A DNA stretch of 45,677 nt, taken from UHGV virus genome UHGV-1374574, one strand, 5' to 3'. The position numbers and the translations under genes were made by a program. Positions 1-7,604 of the stretch are shown piece by piece (the stretch's first letter is position 1; each line of letters opens with the position of its first letter). The notes beneath the pieces are model-generated. The model made no database searches. It was given only the letters and a program-made list of their open reading frames with translations, and had not been told where the DNA came from. This DNA comes from a virus.

Positions 1-21
1 GAATACGAAGATATATGCACA

Positions 22-264
22 ATGCCCGACTTTGTGAGAAATGATTTAAAACTATGTAGAACATATCAGCAGAAGAAACCAAAGACGAATGCACAAAAAA
101 TCAGAGCAATGTCCGATGAAGAACTGGCAGAGATAATTGAACCAAGAGGGTTTGATTGTGCTGATTATTGCAAGGATTTTGGGAATGGGTGTGGGTACAC
201 TTGCACTCATAATCGTGCGAAAGATTTTATTTTGCAATGGCTTAAAGCAGAAGTAAAGGAGTGA
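22..264 (+). CDS. hypothetical small Cys-rich early protein
   Basis: Intact ORF in track; Cys cluster CADYCKDFGNGCGYTC; no recognisable family. Confidence 0.4.
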   Translation: MPDFVRNDLKLCRTYQQKKPKTNAQKIRAMSDEELAEIIEPRGFDCADYCKDFGNGCGYTCTHNRAKDFILQWLKAEVKE

Positions 265-268
265 TTAC

Positions 269-439
269 ATGAAGATAGTCGAAGTAGATAAATCTATTAA
301 AAAACTGGTAGACGATAACAACGGATACTGTCCATGCTTAATACCCAAAACCGATGATACCAAATGTATGTGCAAAGATTTCAGAGAGCAGACAGTAGGC
401 AAGTGCCATTGTGGAAGGTTTGAGAAGGTGGTGGAGTGA
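269..439 (+). CDS. small Cys-rich (CPC/CMC/CHCG) putative zinc-binding protein
   Basis: 56-aa ORF, ATG 269 preceded by AAGGAG; below track size cut-off; stop overlaps next start (GTGATGA). Confidence 0.45.
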   Translation: MKIVEVDKSIKKLVDDNNGYCPCLIPKTDDTKCMCKDFREQTVGKCHCGRFEKVVE

Positions 440-591
440 TGAAAAAGAGAAATTCTAATTTCGTAGGACTAATCATTTGGCTTGTAATGATTATTACAGT
501 TATTTTGTGTTTGCTATTTGATAAGTGGTTTTTTAATGCAATTTATAATTCGGATATGCCAACATGGTTAAAGTATTTCTTTTTGAAGTAA
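439..591 (+). CDS. small membrane protein (single TM helix)
   Basis: 50-aa ORF, hydrophobic core GLIIWLVMIITVILCLLF; translationally coupled to upstream ORF. Confidence 0.4.
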   Translation: MKKRNSNFVGLIIWLVMIITVILCLLFDKWFFNAIYNSDMPTWLKYFFLK

Positions 592-603
592 GGGGTGGTA
601 ATC

Positions 604-828
604 ATGGCAGATAAAAACTTACCTTCGGGTGTCTGCATCGGTTGCCCTTGTTGGCTTACTGACGGAACGTGCTTGAAGGACACTATTACAATACACAGAT
701 GCAAAAACTGCAAATTTGTTCACTATGACGATTGGCAAGGGTATATATGCACCAATACCGACAGTGAGTATGTGGCTAGTTTTGTAGATGCGGATAATTG
801 GTGTGAAAAATACGAAAGGAAGGAGTGA
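604..828 (+). CDS. hypothetical Cys-rich small protein
   Basis: ORF 595..828 in track; ATG 604 has better RBS (GGGGTGG, 5-nt spacing); CxxC motifs. Confidence 0.45.
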   Translation: MADKNLPSGVCIGCPCWLTDGTCLKDTITIHRCKNCKFVHYDDWQGYICTNTDSEYVASFVDADNWCEKYERKE

Positions 829-832
829 TTAC

Positions 833-1093
833 ATGAAACGGTTATTATGTTACATCAAAGCCATTCCATTATGGCTTAGAAGCGGATATTTCGTACCACA
901 TCTGTACGAATCCACTTTTGAAGATGCGATTATCATTGCAACGGAGAATGGGTTCAGAGTTGCAGATAATTACGAACACAGTAAAGAAGAAACAGTATAT
1001 AAAAATGCCGTGCTTGAAAAGTGCAAGTGCATATATTGCGGACATAAAACATTGGCATGGTATGCAAGTAAGGAGGAAGTGAAAAATGACTAA
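833..1093 (+). CDS. hypothetical protein with C-terminal CxC/CxxC
   Basis: ATG 833 preceded by AAGGAG; upstream in-frame part of track ORF 788 overlaps previous gene. Confidence 0.45.
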   Translation: MKRLLCYIKAIPLWLRSGYFVPHLYESTFEDAIIIATENGFRVADNYEHSKEETVYKNAVLEKCKCIYCGHKTLAWYASKEEVKND

Positions 1094-1250
1094 TGAGGAA
1101 GCAAGAGAATGGTTAAGAGGAATGAAGTTTACGTTTAATGATGGAGCATTTATAGCAGCAAAGAGAGAAGCACTCGACAAAGGAATTAAGGCGTTGGAAA
1201 CCTTAGAAAAATTAGAAAAGTGGATGGGGGTACAAGCAGATGCGGATTGA
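1086..1250 (+). CDS. hypothetical small protein
   Basis: 54-aa ORF, ATG 1086; ends 11 nt inside dUTPase start region. Confidence 0.35.
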   Translation: MTNEEAREWLRGMKFTFNDGAFIAAKREALDKGIKALETLEKLEKWMGVQADAD

Positions 1251-1659
1251 TATTTTGCTAGACAAGGGGGCCAAGATGCCGACTAAAGCACACCCGGACA
1301 CTGACGCCGGATTTGATTTATACACACCGTATGAATTTACAGTGAAAGCCGGAGGATCGGCAGTAGTGCAAACAGGGGTTCACATGGTTATACCGAAAAA
1401 ATTCTGCGGAGTTGTAATTTCTAAATCGGGATTGCTAACCAAACAGGACATAACAACAACTGGTTTAGTGGATGCTGCATACACCGGGGGGATTGTTATT
1501 AAGGTTCAGAACCACGGAAACAGAGATTATCATTTTAACAAGGGCGACAAGGTAACACAGATTATGATATTGCCAGTGCCGGAGGTTGAATTGGTAGAGA
1601 TAGACAACTTACCAAAAACAGAACGTGGGGCAAATGGTTTCGGCAGCACGGGAAAATAA
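1240..1659 (+). CDS. dut: dUTP diphosphatase (dUTPase)
   Basis: Conserved dUTPase motifs AGFDL, GLVDAAYTGG, RGANGFGSTG. Confidence 0.85.
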   Translation: MRIDILLDKGAKMPTKAHPDTDAGFDLYTPYEFTVKAGGSAVVQTGVHMVIPKKFCGVVISKSGLLTKQDITTTGLVDAAYTGGIVIKVQNHGNRDYHFNKGDKVTQIMILPVPEVELVEIDNLPKTERGANGFGSTGK

Positions 1660-1666
1660 AACATTC

Positions 1667-1731
1667 GCTAACGTGGCATAACAGGTAAATGCACCGATAA
1701 GGTAGTGTAGGTTCGAGTCCTACCGTTAGCG
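1667..1731 (+). tRNA. tRNA-like element, non-canonical (65 nt; acceptor stem and T-arm intact, D/anticodon region too short)
   Basis: 7-8 bp acceptor helix GCTAACG/CGTTAGC and T-arm GTAGG-TTCGAGT-CCTAC, but only 33 nt between them. Confidence 0.35.
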
Positions 1732-1897
1732 TTCCAGAATCAGCATAGGGATTTTGGTTGTAACTAAAAACAAAAACAAAACAAACAAATAATACCTTCA
1801 ATTTTTGTCAACGATAATCACACCTATTAGCCTATGCACTCCATCGTGTAGTGAACACGAAGTTGTGTACCCGGAAGGTCGCAACGAAAGAAAAAGA

Positions 1898-1929
1898 ATC
1901 CAAGAAATAAAATCTTGGGTTCTTTTTTT
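1898..1929 (+). terminator. rho-independent terminator
   Basis: Stem ATCCAAGA/TCTTGGGT, loop AATAAAA, followed by TCTTTTTTT. Confidence 0.5.
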
Positions 1930-2055
1930 GTGTATATAAGCAGAAAGGTGTCGAACACATTATGAAAAAGCAAAGAAAAGTTTGTATTTTATCATTTACA
2001 AATAGTGCAACAGGAGTTATTTTAAAGGCAGTTGGAGAAAAATGTAAATATTTGC

Positions 2056-2090
2056 TTGACATAGTTTACATAATATGGTATATATTAAAA
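2056..2090 (+). promoter_or_regulatory. sigma-A-like promoter upstream of RHH gene
   Basis: TTGACA, 17-nt spacer, TATATAT. Confidence 0.4.
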
Positions 2091-2147
2091 TGTGAAGTTT
2101 GGTCGAGCAAACATCACAGAGGGTAAAACCATTAGAAGGAGGTCTAT

Positions 2148-2333
2148 ATGCCACTAACGAAAGGGCAGAAACTTACCGACAATCCAAAATGTGTTAAAAT
2201 CGGATTGAGATTAACGCATCAAGAAGCAGACGATTTACAGTATTGTGCTGAAAAATTGGGGATATGTCGAACCGAAGTGATAAATATGGGTGTTCAAATG
2301 GTAAGAAAAGAGATTGAAAAGCAAAAAGGATAA
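2148..2333 (+). CDS. ribbon-helix-helix (CopG/Arc-like) DNA-binding protein
   Basis: Beta-strand plus two-helix pattern VKIGLRLTHQEADDLQYCAEKLGICRTEVINMGVQMV; strong RBS GGAGG. Confidence 0.55.
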   Translation: MPLTKGQKLTDNPKCVKIGLRLTHQEADDLQYCAEKLGICRTEVINMGVQMVRKEIEKQKG

Positions 2334-2457
2334 TCGACTTGCTTGGCGGCTACGATTACCCTTTTAGGTAACACTCACAATGGAGTGCTATTTGCACCCT
2401 TAGAATAGCATAACCATTGTGAAAAAGCAACGTTTTTTTGGGGTGGAGGATAACACA

Positions 2458-2616
2458 ATGGAATTGAAAGACAAGATTATGATTGAACAGAGAACATTAT
2501 TTGCAGTAACAGAAGCAATTCTGACAGGAAACCATGATGTAAGTGAGTATGAGTATGCACTCTACGGAATTTGCGAGAGATTAAAGGAAATCGCAAAAGA
2601 AGTCGAAAGGGTATAA
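2458..2616 (+). CDS. hypothetical small protein
   Basis: ATG 2458 after GGGGTGGAGG RBS; track ORF starts earlier at 2419. Confidence 0.35.
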   Translation: MELKDKIMIEQRTLFAVTEAILTGNHDVSEYEYALYGICERLKEIAKEVERV

Positions 2617-2725
2617 AACTACAGGCAAATCATATTTGTGGCTTTTTATGGCAATTCGCATTGACACTATCAGAATTTCGACATATAATCTGTAGTACAA
2701 CAAATCGTATTTTGGAGGGGTGTAA

Positions 2726-3259
2726 ATGGGAAACGAAAGTGTATATGTTAGCGGTAGATTGATAGGTGGTATTGACGGTGTTATAGCCGGGGATAATGTG
2801 AATATTGCATCTAGTGCCACAGAAATGATAATCAGCAACGGCATTATTACTCAAAAAATCAATAACAGTGATGTTCTTGGTGTGAAAATGGTAAATGATG
2901 TTCAGATACAGGAGCAATATGTTTCGAGCGTCGGTGGTGCGATAGCCGGGGGTGTCTTATTTGGTGTTCCTGGTGCCGTAATTGGTGGCAGAGCGAAGAA
3001 AAAACAGATAAAAACAAATGAAACTAGCCTTGTTATTACATATAAAGACAATGAAACGGTGAAGAATATTATCATAAAGCCAACACAGTTCGTAAGTTTC
3101 AAGTTTATGGACCGTTACACACGGCAAATCGAATTAGATCCGGCAACTAAACAGGCCATGAGCAATGAAAACAAAGGGAAAAAGTTCGGCTGCTCACTGA
3201 TATTTGTATTATTGATAATATGTTTTGCGTTATTGGTATTAGGAATTTCTTTACAATAG
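2726..3259 (+). CDS. membrane protein with glycine-zipper helix and C-terminal TM anchor
   Basis: VGGAIAGGVLFGVPGAVIGG glycine zipper; C-terminal FGCSLIFVLLIICFALLVLGISL. Confidence 0.5.
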   Translation: MGNESVYVSGRLIGGIDGVIAGDNVNIASSATEMIISNGIITQKINNSDVLGVKMVNDVQIQEQYVSSVGGAIAGGVLFGVPGAVIGGRAKKKQIKTNETSLVITYKDNETVKNIIIKPTQFVSFKFMDRYTRQIELDPATKQAMSNENKGKKFGCSLIFVLLIICFALLVLGISLQ

Positions 3260-3271
3260 AGCAAATCATAT

Positions 3272-3325
3272 TGACAAAATATCATTTTTCTTATAGAATG
3301 GTATTAGTCGGATAGTAATAAGGAG
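3272..3325 (+). promoter_or_regulatory. promoter (TTGACA-17-TATAGAAT) with downstream TATTAGTCGGATAGTAATA operator-like dyad
   Basis: Near-consensus -35 and -10; dyad shares TATTAGTCG with the two downstream promoters. Confidence 0.45.
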
Positions 3326-3332
3326 TGAGAAA

Positions 3333-3572
3333 ATGGCAAGTAGACCAGAATATACAACAGAATATATCCAAAAGAATCTCGAAAGACTGGAAATTCGATT
3401 CCAGGCAAAGGATGAAATGACAAAAAAGATAGACGAACATTGTATAAAGCATGGTTATGTTAATACAAACGGTCGCTATCCGGGCAAATCGAATAGAACA
3501 GAGTTTATCAAAAAGGCCATTGAAACACAAATTGCTATTGATAATGGTAAATTAAAGGTAATAAAAGAGTAG
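3333..3572 (+). CDS. ribbon-helix-helix family regulator (candidate regulator of downstream promoters)
   Basis: LERLEIRFQAKDEMTKKIDEHC ... RTEFIKKAIETQI RHH-like pattern; lies immediately upstream of operator-bearing promoters. Confidence 0.5.
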   Translation: MASRPEYTTEYIQKNLERLEIRFQAKDEMTKKIDEHCIKHGYVNTNGRYPGKSNRTEFIKKAIETQIAIDNGKLKVIKE

Positions 3573-3598
3573 GTGTAAAAAGCCTACTCTTATTTTTT
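3566..3598 (+). terminator. rho-independent terminator
   Basis: AGAGTAGG / CCTACTCT stem followed by TATTTTTT. Confidence 0.6.
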
Positions 3599-3620
3599 AA
3601 AAAAAGTTGAAAAAAAGGTA

Positions 3621-3649
3621 TTGACTTTATTAGTCGACTATGATAATAT
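3621..3649 (+). promoter_or_regulatory. promoter P1 (TTGACT-17-TGaTAATAT) with TAGTCGACTA palindrome in spacer
   Basis: A-tract UP region, -35 TTGACT, extended -10; perfect 10-bp palindrome 3631-3640. Confidence 0.6.
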
Positions 3650-3654
3650 GTAGA

Positions 3655-4248
3655 CAGTAACACAAAACCCTATATATTGAGGCCTACCAAAAAGCCGGAA
3701 ACGGTGGCGGGTAATAAGTGGATATACATATATAGGTAAAGTGTAGCGGATCGGCGAGAAGTAACGGCCACTCATTAAACGAACTGCACTATAAACACTA
3801 ATTGAGTTAAATAACATTCTGGTATGAAAGAACCGTGAGACTTTCCGGCAAGAGGTAATGCCGTTACTGATTACCCGTTGAGTGAATAGCCGATAAGCAC
3901 TCTTACAATGATTACGGCCTAGTGACTACTACTTATAGTAGGAATCGGTGTTTATGATAGTAACAGGACGATTTCAGCCGATTTAAAACCTGTCTGAAAT
4001 TAAAAAGTGTTCGTAAGGAAAGAACGTAAGACTTCCGTTGAAACTATTGATTATCTAAGGAAGATATAAAAGCCGCATATTTTATATTGGAATTACCGCC
4101 ACGGGTAAAGTGGGGCGCAAGGGGCAGCCAAAAAGTCCATCATAGAAAACTGATTGCAAGCGTGAACGGATGCGGACAAGTAGCGGTTGTAATGGGCGGA
4201 CTATGTAAATTTCCGGGTGGGAGCGTAAAAACTTCCACCCTTTTTTAT
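3655..4248 (+). ncRNA. candidate large structured ncRNA (~600 nt; possibly ROOL/GOLLD-like prophage RNA)
   Basis: ORF-free span between strong promoter and intrinsic terminator 4215-4248 (GGGTGGGAG/CTTCCACCC + TTTTTT); long-range complementarities such as CGGTGGCGGGTAAT(3708) / ATTACCGCCACGGG(4092) and CGGGTAAT(3716) / ATTACCCG(3873). Confidence 0.5.
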
Positions 4249-4253
4249 TTCCA

Positions 4254-4321
4254 GGCAAATCGTTTTAAGGCAAATCACTTTTTGAAAAGCAAATCACTTT
4301 TCAAGGCAAATCGTTTTTCTG
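4254..4321 (+). repeat. 4 tandem copies of GCAAATC(G/A)(T/C)TTTT (~16-bp period)
   Basis: GGCAAATCGTTTTAA / GGCAAATCACTTTTTGAAAA / GCAAATCACTTTTCAAG / GCAAATCGTTTTTCT. Confidence 0.5.
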
Positions 4322-4477
4322 CTACGGGCGTGTATATGGCAAACTGACGAACTGTACCAACGGGACCAAACGGGGCGGATCTATGAACCTTATACCAGTA
4401 CACGAACACAAAAACCAAACTATTTTTTGCATTATATAGGAAGAAACACGATTTTTTAAAAAAAATAAAAAAAACAC

Positions 4478-4506
4478 TTGATTTATTAGTCGACTAATGG
4501 TAAGAT
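4478..4506 (+). promoter_or_regulatory. promoter P2 (TTGATT-17-TAAGAT) with TTAGTCGACTAA palindrome in spacer
   Basis: Same architecture as P1; 12-bp perfect palindrome 4486-4497; long A-tract upstream. Confidence 0.6.
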
Positions 4507-4582
4507 AGACTTATAGGGAACACTTTAGTCTGCTAAAGCGGAATGAAACTACAAAACAATTATAAGAAAGGAAGTAAAAAAT

Positions 4583-4777
4583 ATGGATTATGATTTTAGT
4601 TTAAAAGCATGTATGGAAAGTGTAGAGTTTGAGATTGAAACATTAAAAGCAAATGTATTTGAAGAATTAGGGAAAGCAATTATAAGAGCAGAACAAGATC
4701 CGTTTTTTAATAAGACCATGATTGAAGCATACAAAACATACATCAAAGAACACGATTTAAAATGGAACGATAAATAA
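4583..4777 (+). CDS. hypothetical protein (cassette gene 1)
   Basis: ORF with RBS AAAGGAAG; no recognisable domain; AT-rich by eye. Confidence 0.5.
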   Translation: MDYDFSLKACMESVEFEIETLKANVFEELGKAIIRAEQDPFFNKTMIEAYKTYIKEHDLKWNDK

Positions 4778-4802
4778 TCAAATAAAGAAAGGAAGTAAAA
4801 CA

Positions 4803-5498
4803 ATGAAAAAAAGTATTGAAATTGAAAAAGAAATTAAAAAAGCGTATGCAAAACTTGAAACATTAAAACAGGAAGAAAGCAAAAGAATTGATGCGGTTAT
4901 GGCGTTAGATACATTCCAGGAACGGCAAGAGGCCCGCAAAGCGGCAAAAGATGCAATGATTAAAGCAAGTAAAGAAAGAAGAAAGTTAGAAATTACAATT
5001 AGAATTTTAAAGAATAACGAAAAAGCCGCTTTTATTAGCGAATATTTTCCGCAAGTATTAGAAATTTATAATAGTTACGCCGGGAAGCAATATGGACCTG
5101 TTACGGAAAAAAAGATCCGTGAAGAAATAAAAGAAAAATTAAACATTTTCGCAAGTATTAGCGGTCAAGAAGTAAGACTTTATAAATTAAATAAAGAAGG
5201 CTATTCATACGGCGATACACTTCTTATGGATACAGTATACGAAAACGGCGAAAAAATCAAAATTTTAGTTGATAACAAGATACAGAAAACAACGCCGGAA
5301 AACTTTAGAACATACGATTGTAAACCATACATAGAGGATATAAACGGATATATTAAAAACCTGGATAAAGCGTATGAAAGAGTTTTAGCAGCGGAAAAAG
5401 AAATAAAAGAAGCGTGTTCGATTTTTTGCGGTTTAAGTATTACCGGGATGCGGGAACCATACGCAACAGTACAAAATTTATACAGTGATTATATTTAA
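4803..5498 (+). CDS. hypothetical protein with N-terminal coiled coil (cassette gene 2)
   Basis: 231 aa; K/E-rich heptad-like N-terminus; RBS AAAGGAAG. Confidence 0.55.
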   Translation: MKKSIEIEKEIKKAYAKLETLKQEESKRIDAVMALDTFQERQEARKAAKDAMIKASKERRKLEITIRILKNNEKAAFISEYFPQVLEIYNSYAGKQYGPVTEKKIREEIKEKLNIFASISGQEVRLYKLNKEGYSYGDTLLMDTVYENGEKIKILVDNKIQKTTPENFRTYDCKPYIEDINGYIKNLDKAYERVLAAEKEIKEACSIFCGLSITGMREPYATVQNLYSDYI

Positions 5499-5513
5499 TA
5501 GCGGGGTGAAAAA

Positions 5514-6002
5514 ATGAGTTGTTTAATAGCGGAAAAAGAAACAGTTAGCAAGGTATCAAATTTTATCTCTAGATTTTTAAACCAGGGTTTTAATTCTTTT
5601 GGTTTTGCGCCGACTAAAGCGGTTTTTGATGGTTTTAACGATTGCACTATATGCGGCTTTTATAATTCGGATCTGATTTATAAAAAACTCTATGAATTAA
5701 ATTTTGCCGCTTATAATGGACGCTACCTGGAAGGACAGGAAGAAAAGCCGGAAGAAATAGAAATATTTTATAAAAACCAAAATATAGATATATGGGAAAA
5801 TAGAGTATATAAAAACGGTTTTGAAAATGTGCAACCGTGGCATTTTGAAATATACAAACACATACAATTTTTACATTATCAATTATGTGAAGATGCTACA
5901 CAAGAACACGCAACAAGAAAAGCATTGCAAGAATTAGAAATTATTTTAGCAAGGTTTATTGTTAGCACAACGGCGGAATATAACGCTATACAATGGAGAT
6001 AA
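5514..6002 (+). CDS. hypothetical protein (cassette gene 3)
   Basis: 162 aa; no known motifs. Confidence 0.55.
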   Translation: MSCLIAEKETVSKVSNFISRFLNQGFNSFGFAPTKAVFDGFNDCTICGFYNSDLIYKKLYELNFAAYNGRYLEGQEEKPEEIEIFYKNQNIDIWENRVYKNGFENVQPWHFEIYKHIQFLHYQLCEDATQEHATRKALQELEIILARFIVSTTAEYNAIQWR

Positions 6003-6051
6003 ACAAAAGGCCCGGTATAATTCCGGGCCGCATTATAGAAAGGAAAGGAAA

Positions 6052-6288
6052 ATGAAAAAAAGTATAGTAACGTTATTTGATGCAAAAGCGGGAGAGTTTA
6101 TACAAAAGTCTTTTTATTGTTTATCGGCAAAACAGGCGTTAATTGCTGCCGTGATGCGATACAACGGAAATTTTAATACATGGGAATATCCAGAAAATAT
6201 AGAGGGTATTTATAAATCAAACTGCATAAAGCATAGATTGCTATTTGATATTAACGAAAATTTGATTATGTATAGTCAAGAGGTATAA
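6052..6288 (+). CDS. hypothetical protein (cassette gene 4)
   Basis: ATG 6052 after AAAGGAAAGG; the longer track ORF (5959) overlaps gene 3. Confidence 0.5.
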   Translation: MKKSIVTLFDAKAGEFIQKSFYCLSAKQALIAAVMRYNGNFNTWEYPENIEGIYKSNCIKHRLLFDINENLIMYSQEV

Positions 6289-6316
6289 AAGGAAGGAGCG
6301 TAAAAGGGGTGCAAAA

Positions 6317-6523
6317 GTGTCAAATTTAACGCATTTATTCAAAGTGAATCAAAAAGTATTTTATAAAAATGATGATTTTGATGCAATTAGAAAAATGGTT
6401 CCTTGCATCGTAAAAGCGACTTTCCAGGACCATATTATAATTACGGATATAGAAACAGACACAGATTTATGGATAGAACCGTGCTTTAACTTAGGGAATG
6501 TTTTCCCGGACTATAACTTATAA
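6317..6523 (+). CDS. hypothetical protein (cassette gene 5)
   Basis: 68 aa ORF; RBS AAGGGG. Confidence 0.5.
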   Translation: MSNLTHLFKVNQKVFYKNDDFDAIRKMVPCIVKATFQDHIIITDIETDTDLWIEPCFNLGNVFPDYNL

Positions 6524-6535
6524 AGGGTTTATAAT

Positions 6536-6712
6536 ATGAAATGGTATAATGTAGAATTAACACAAAACGAAAGTAATCTTTTTAAAGCGTTCTTAATGCG
6601 TAACAAGATAAAATTCGAAAGCAGCGGTTGTTATAATTTAGTGCATTTTGAGGTTTACGCAAGTAAAGAACAAGCGAATATGTTAAATACATTTTTAGAG
6701 ACTATTTTTTAA
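6536..6712 (+). CDS. hypothetical small protein (cassette gene 6)
   Basis: 58-aa ORF (below track cut-off) MKWYNVELTQNE...; same orientation and composition. Confidence 0.35.
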   Translation: MKWYNVELTQNESNLFKAFLMRNKIKFESSGCYNLVHFEVYASKEQANMLNTFLETIF

Positions 6713-6846
6713 AGGGGCATACAATGAGACAGAAAAAACCATGGTACACAAAAAGAAGGCGCAAAAGAGGACGGCCCCGGAAGAAATTTTTCTTTTGGCT
6801 ATAGTGCCGGAAAACATGATAAATAAAAGCATAGTAGAAAATAACA

Positions 6847-6891
6847 GAGAGGATCTAAACGGATAAAAACCGGGTGGATCTTCTTTTTTTG
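6847..6891 (+). terminator. putative terminator of cassette operon
   Basis: Imperfect stem GAGAGGATC/GATCTTCTT with large loop, followed by TTTTTTT. Confidence 0.4.
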
Positions 6892-7604
6892 TTTGCGCTG
6901 CCGAAAAGCCGAACAAATAAAGAATAATAAAAGATAAAGCCGGGAACGGGGAAAGGAAGAAACGGTATAATAGCGTATAAAAGCGTATAAGGCCCATATA
7001 GCGACTTTTTGCGTTTAGTGTACTCTAATATACCTACGATAGAAACGGCTGCATATAGTCAAAATAGAACGTTCTGGCAAGGTGTCGAAAAGCCGATAAC
7101 ATAAGGGAAACAAAAGGAAATAGAGAAAGAAAGGATATAGAGATATACTACGGCTTGAAAGATAGGCTTTTTTGTTTGCTATGCTTTTGTACTATCGGCT
7201 TACAGTCTGTTTGGTGGGTGGTGGGTGTGGCATTTTCGGCTATGGGCATTCTAGCGCATGAATAGGGGAAATAGGGGCTATAACGATGGGCATATATACT
7301 ACTATACCTATATAATAATAACGCAAATACGGGCATTTTAGAGCGTTGTACTGTGTGAGAAAGCCTTGGAAAAGCCTTTATTTATACGGTTTTGTGCATT
7401 TTGTACAGTGCAAACAACGTGTACCCTATACATAAGGCACATATTGCACCCCAAAAAAGGGTAAAATTCCCAGTGAATATTTGGAAATGGGGAGGGGGGT
7501 GTCCCGATGCTGACCTGGATTTGAACTTATACCCATCCTTCCCTACAGAATAAAAAACCCACCATAGGGGGCCAAAATATACTTGTATGTCATTTATGAG
7601 GTTA

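Noticed and set aside
4087-4347. 86-aa ORF in track (MELPPRVKWGARG...)
   Set aside because: Lies inside the ORF-free structured region, has no RBS, runs across the intrinsic terminator and the tandem repeats, and has low-complexity composition; most likely a spurious ORF within the ncRNA.
7490-7560. tRNA-like fragment GGATTTGAAC (reverse complement of a T-arm) suggesting a minus-strand tRNA
   Set aside because: The flanking sequence does not fold into acceptor or anticodon arms; at most a degenerate remnant.
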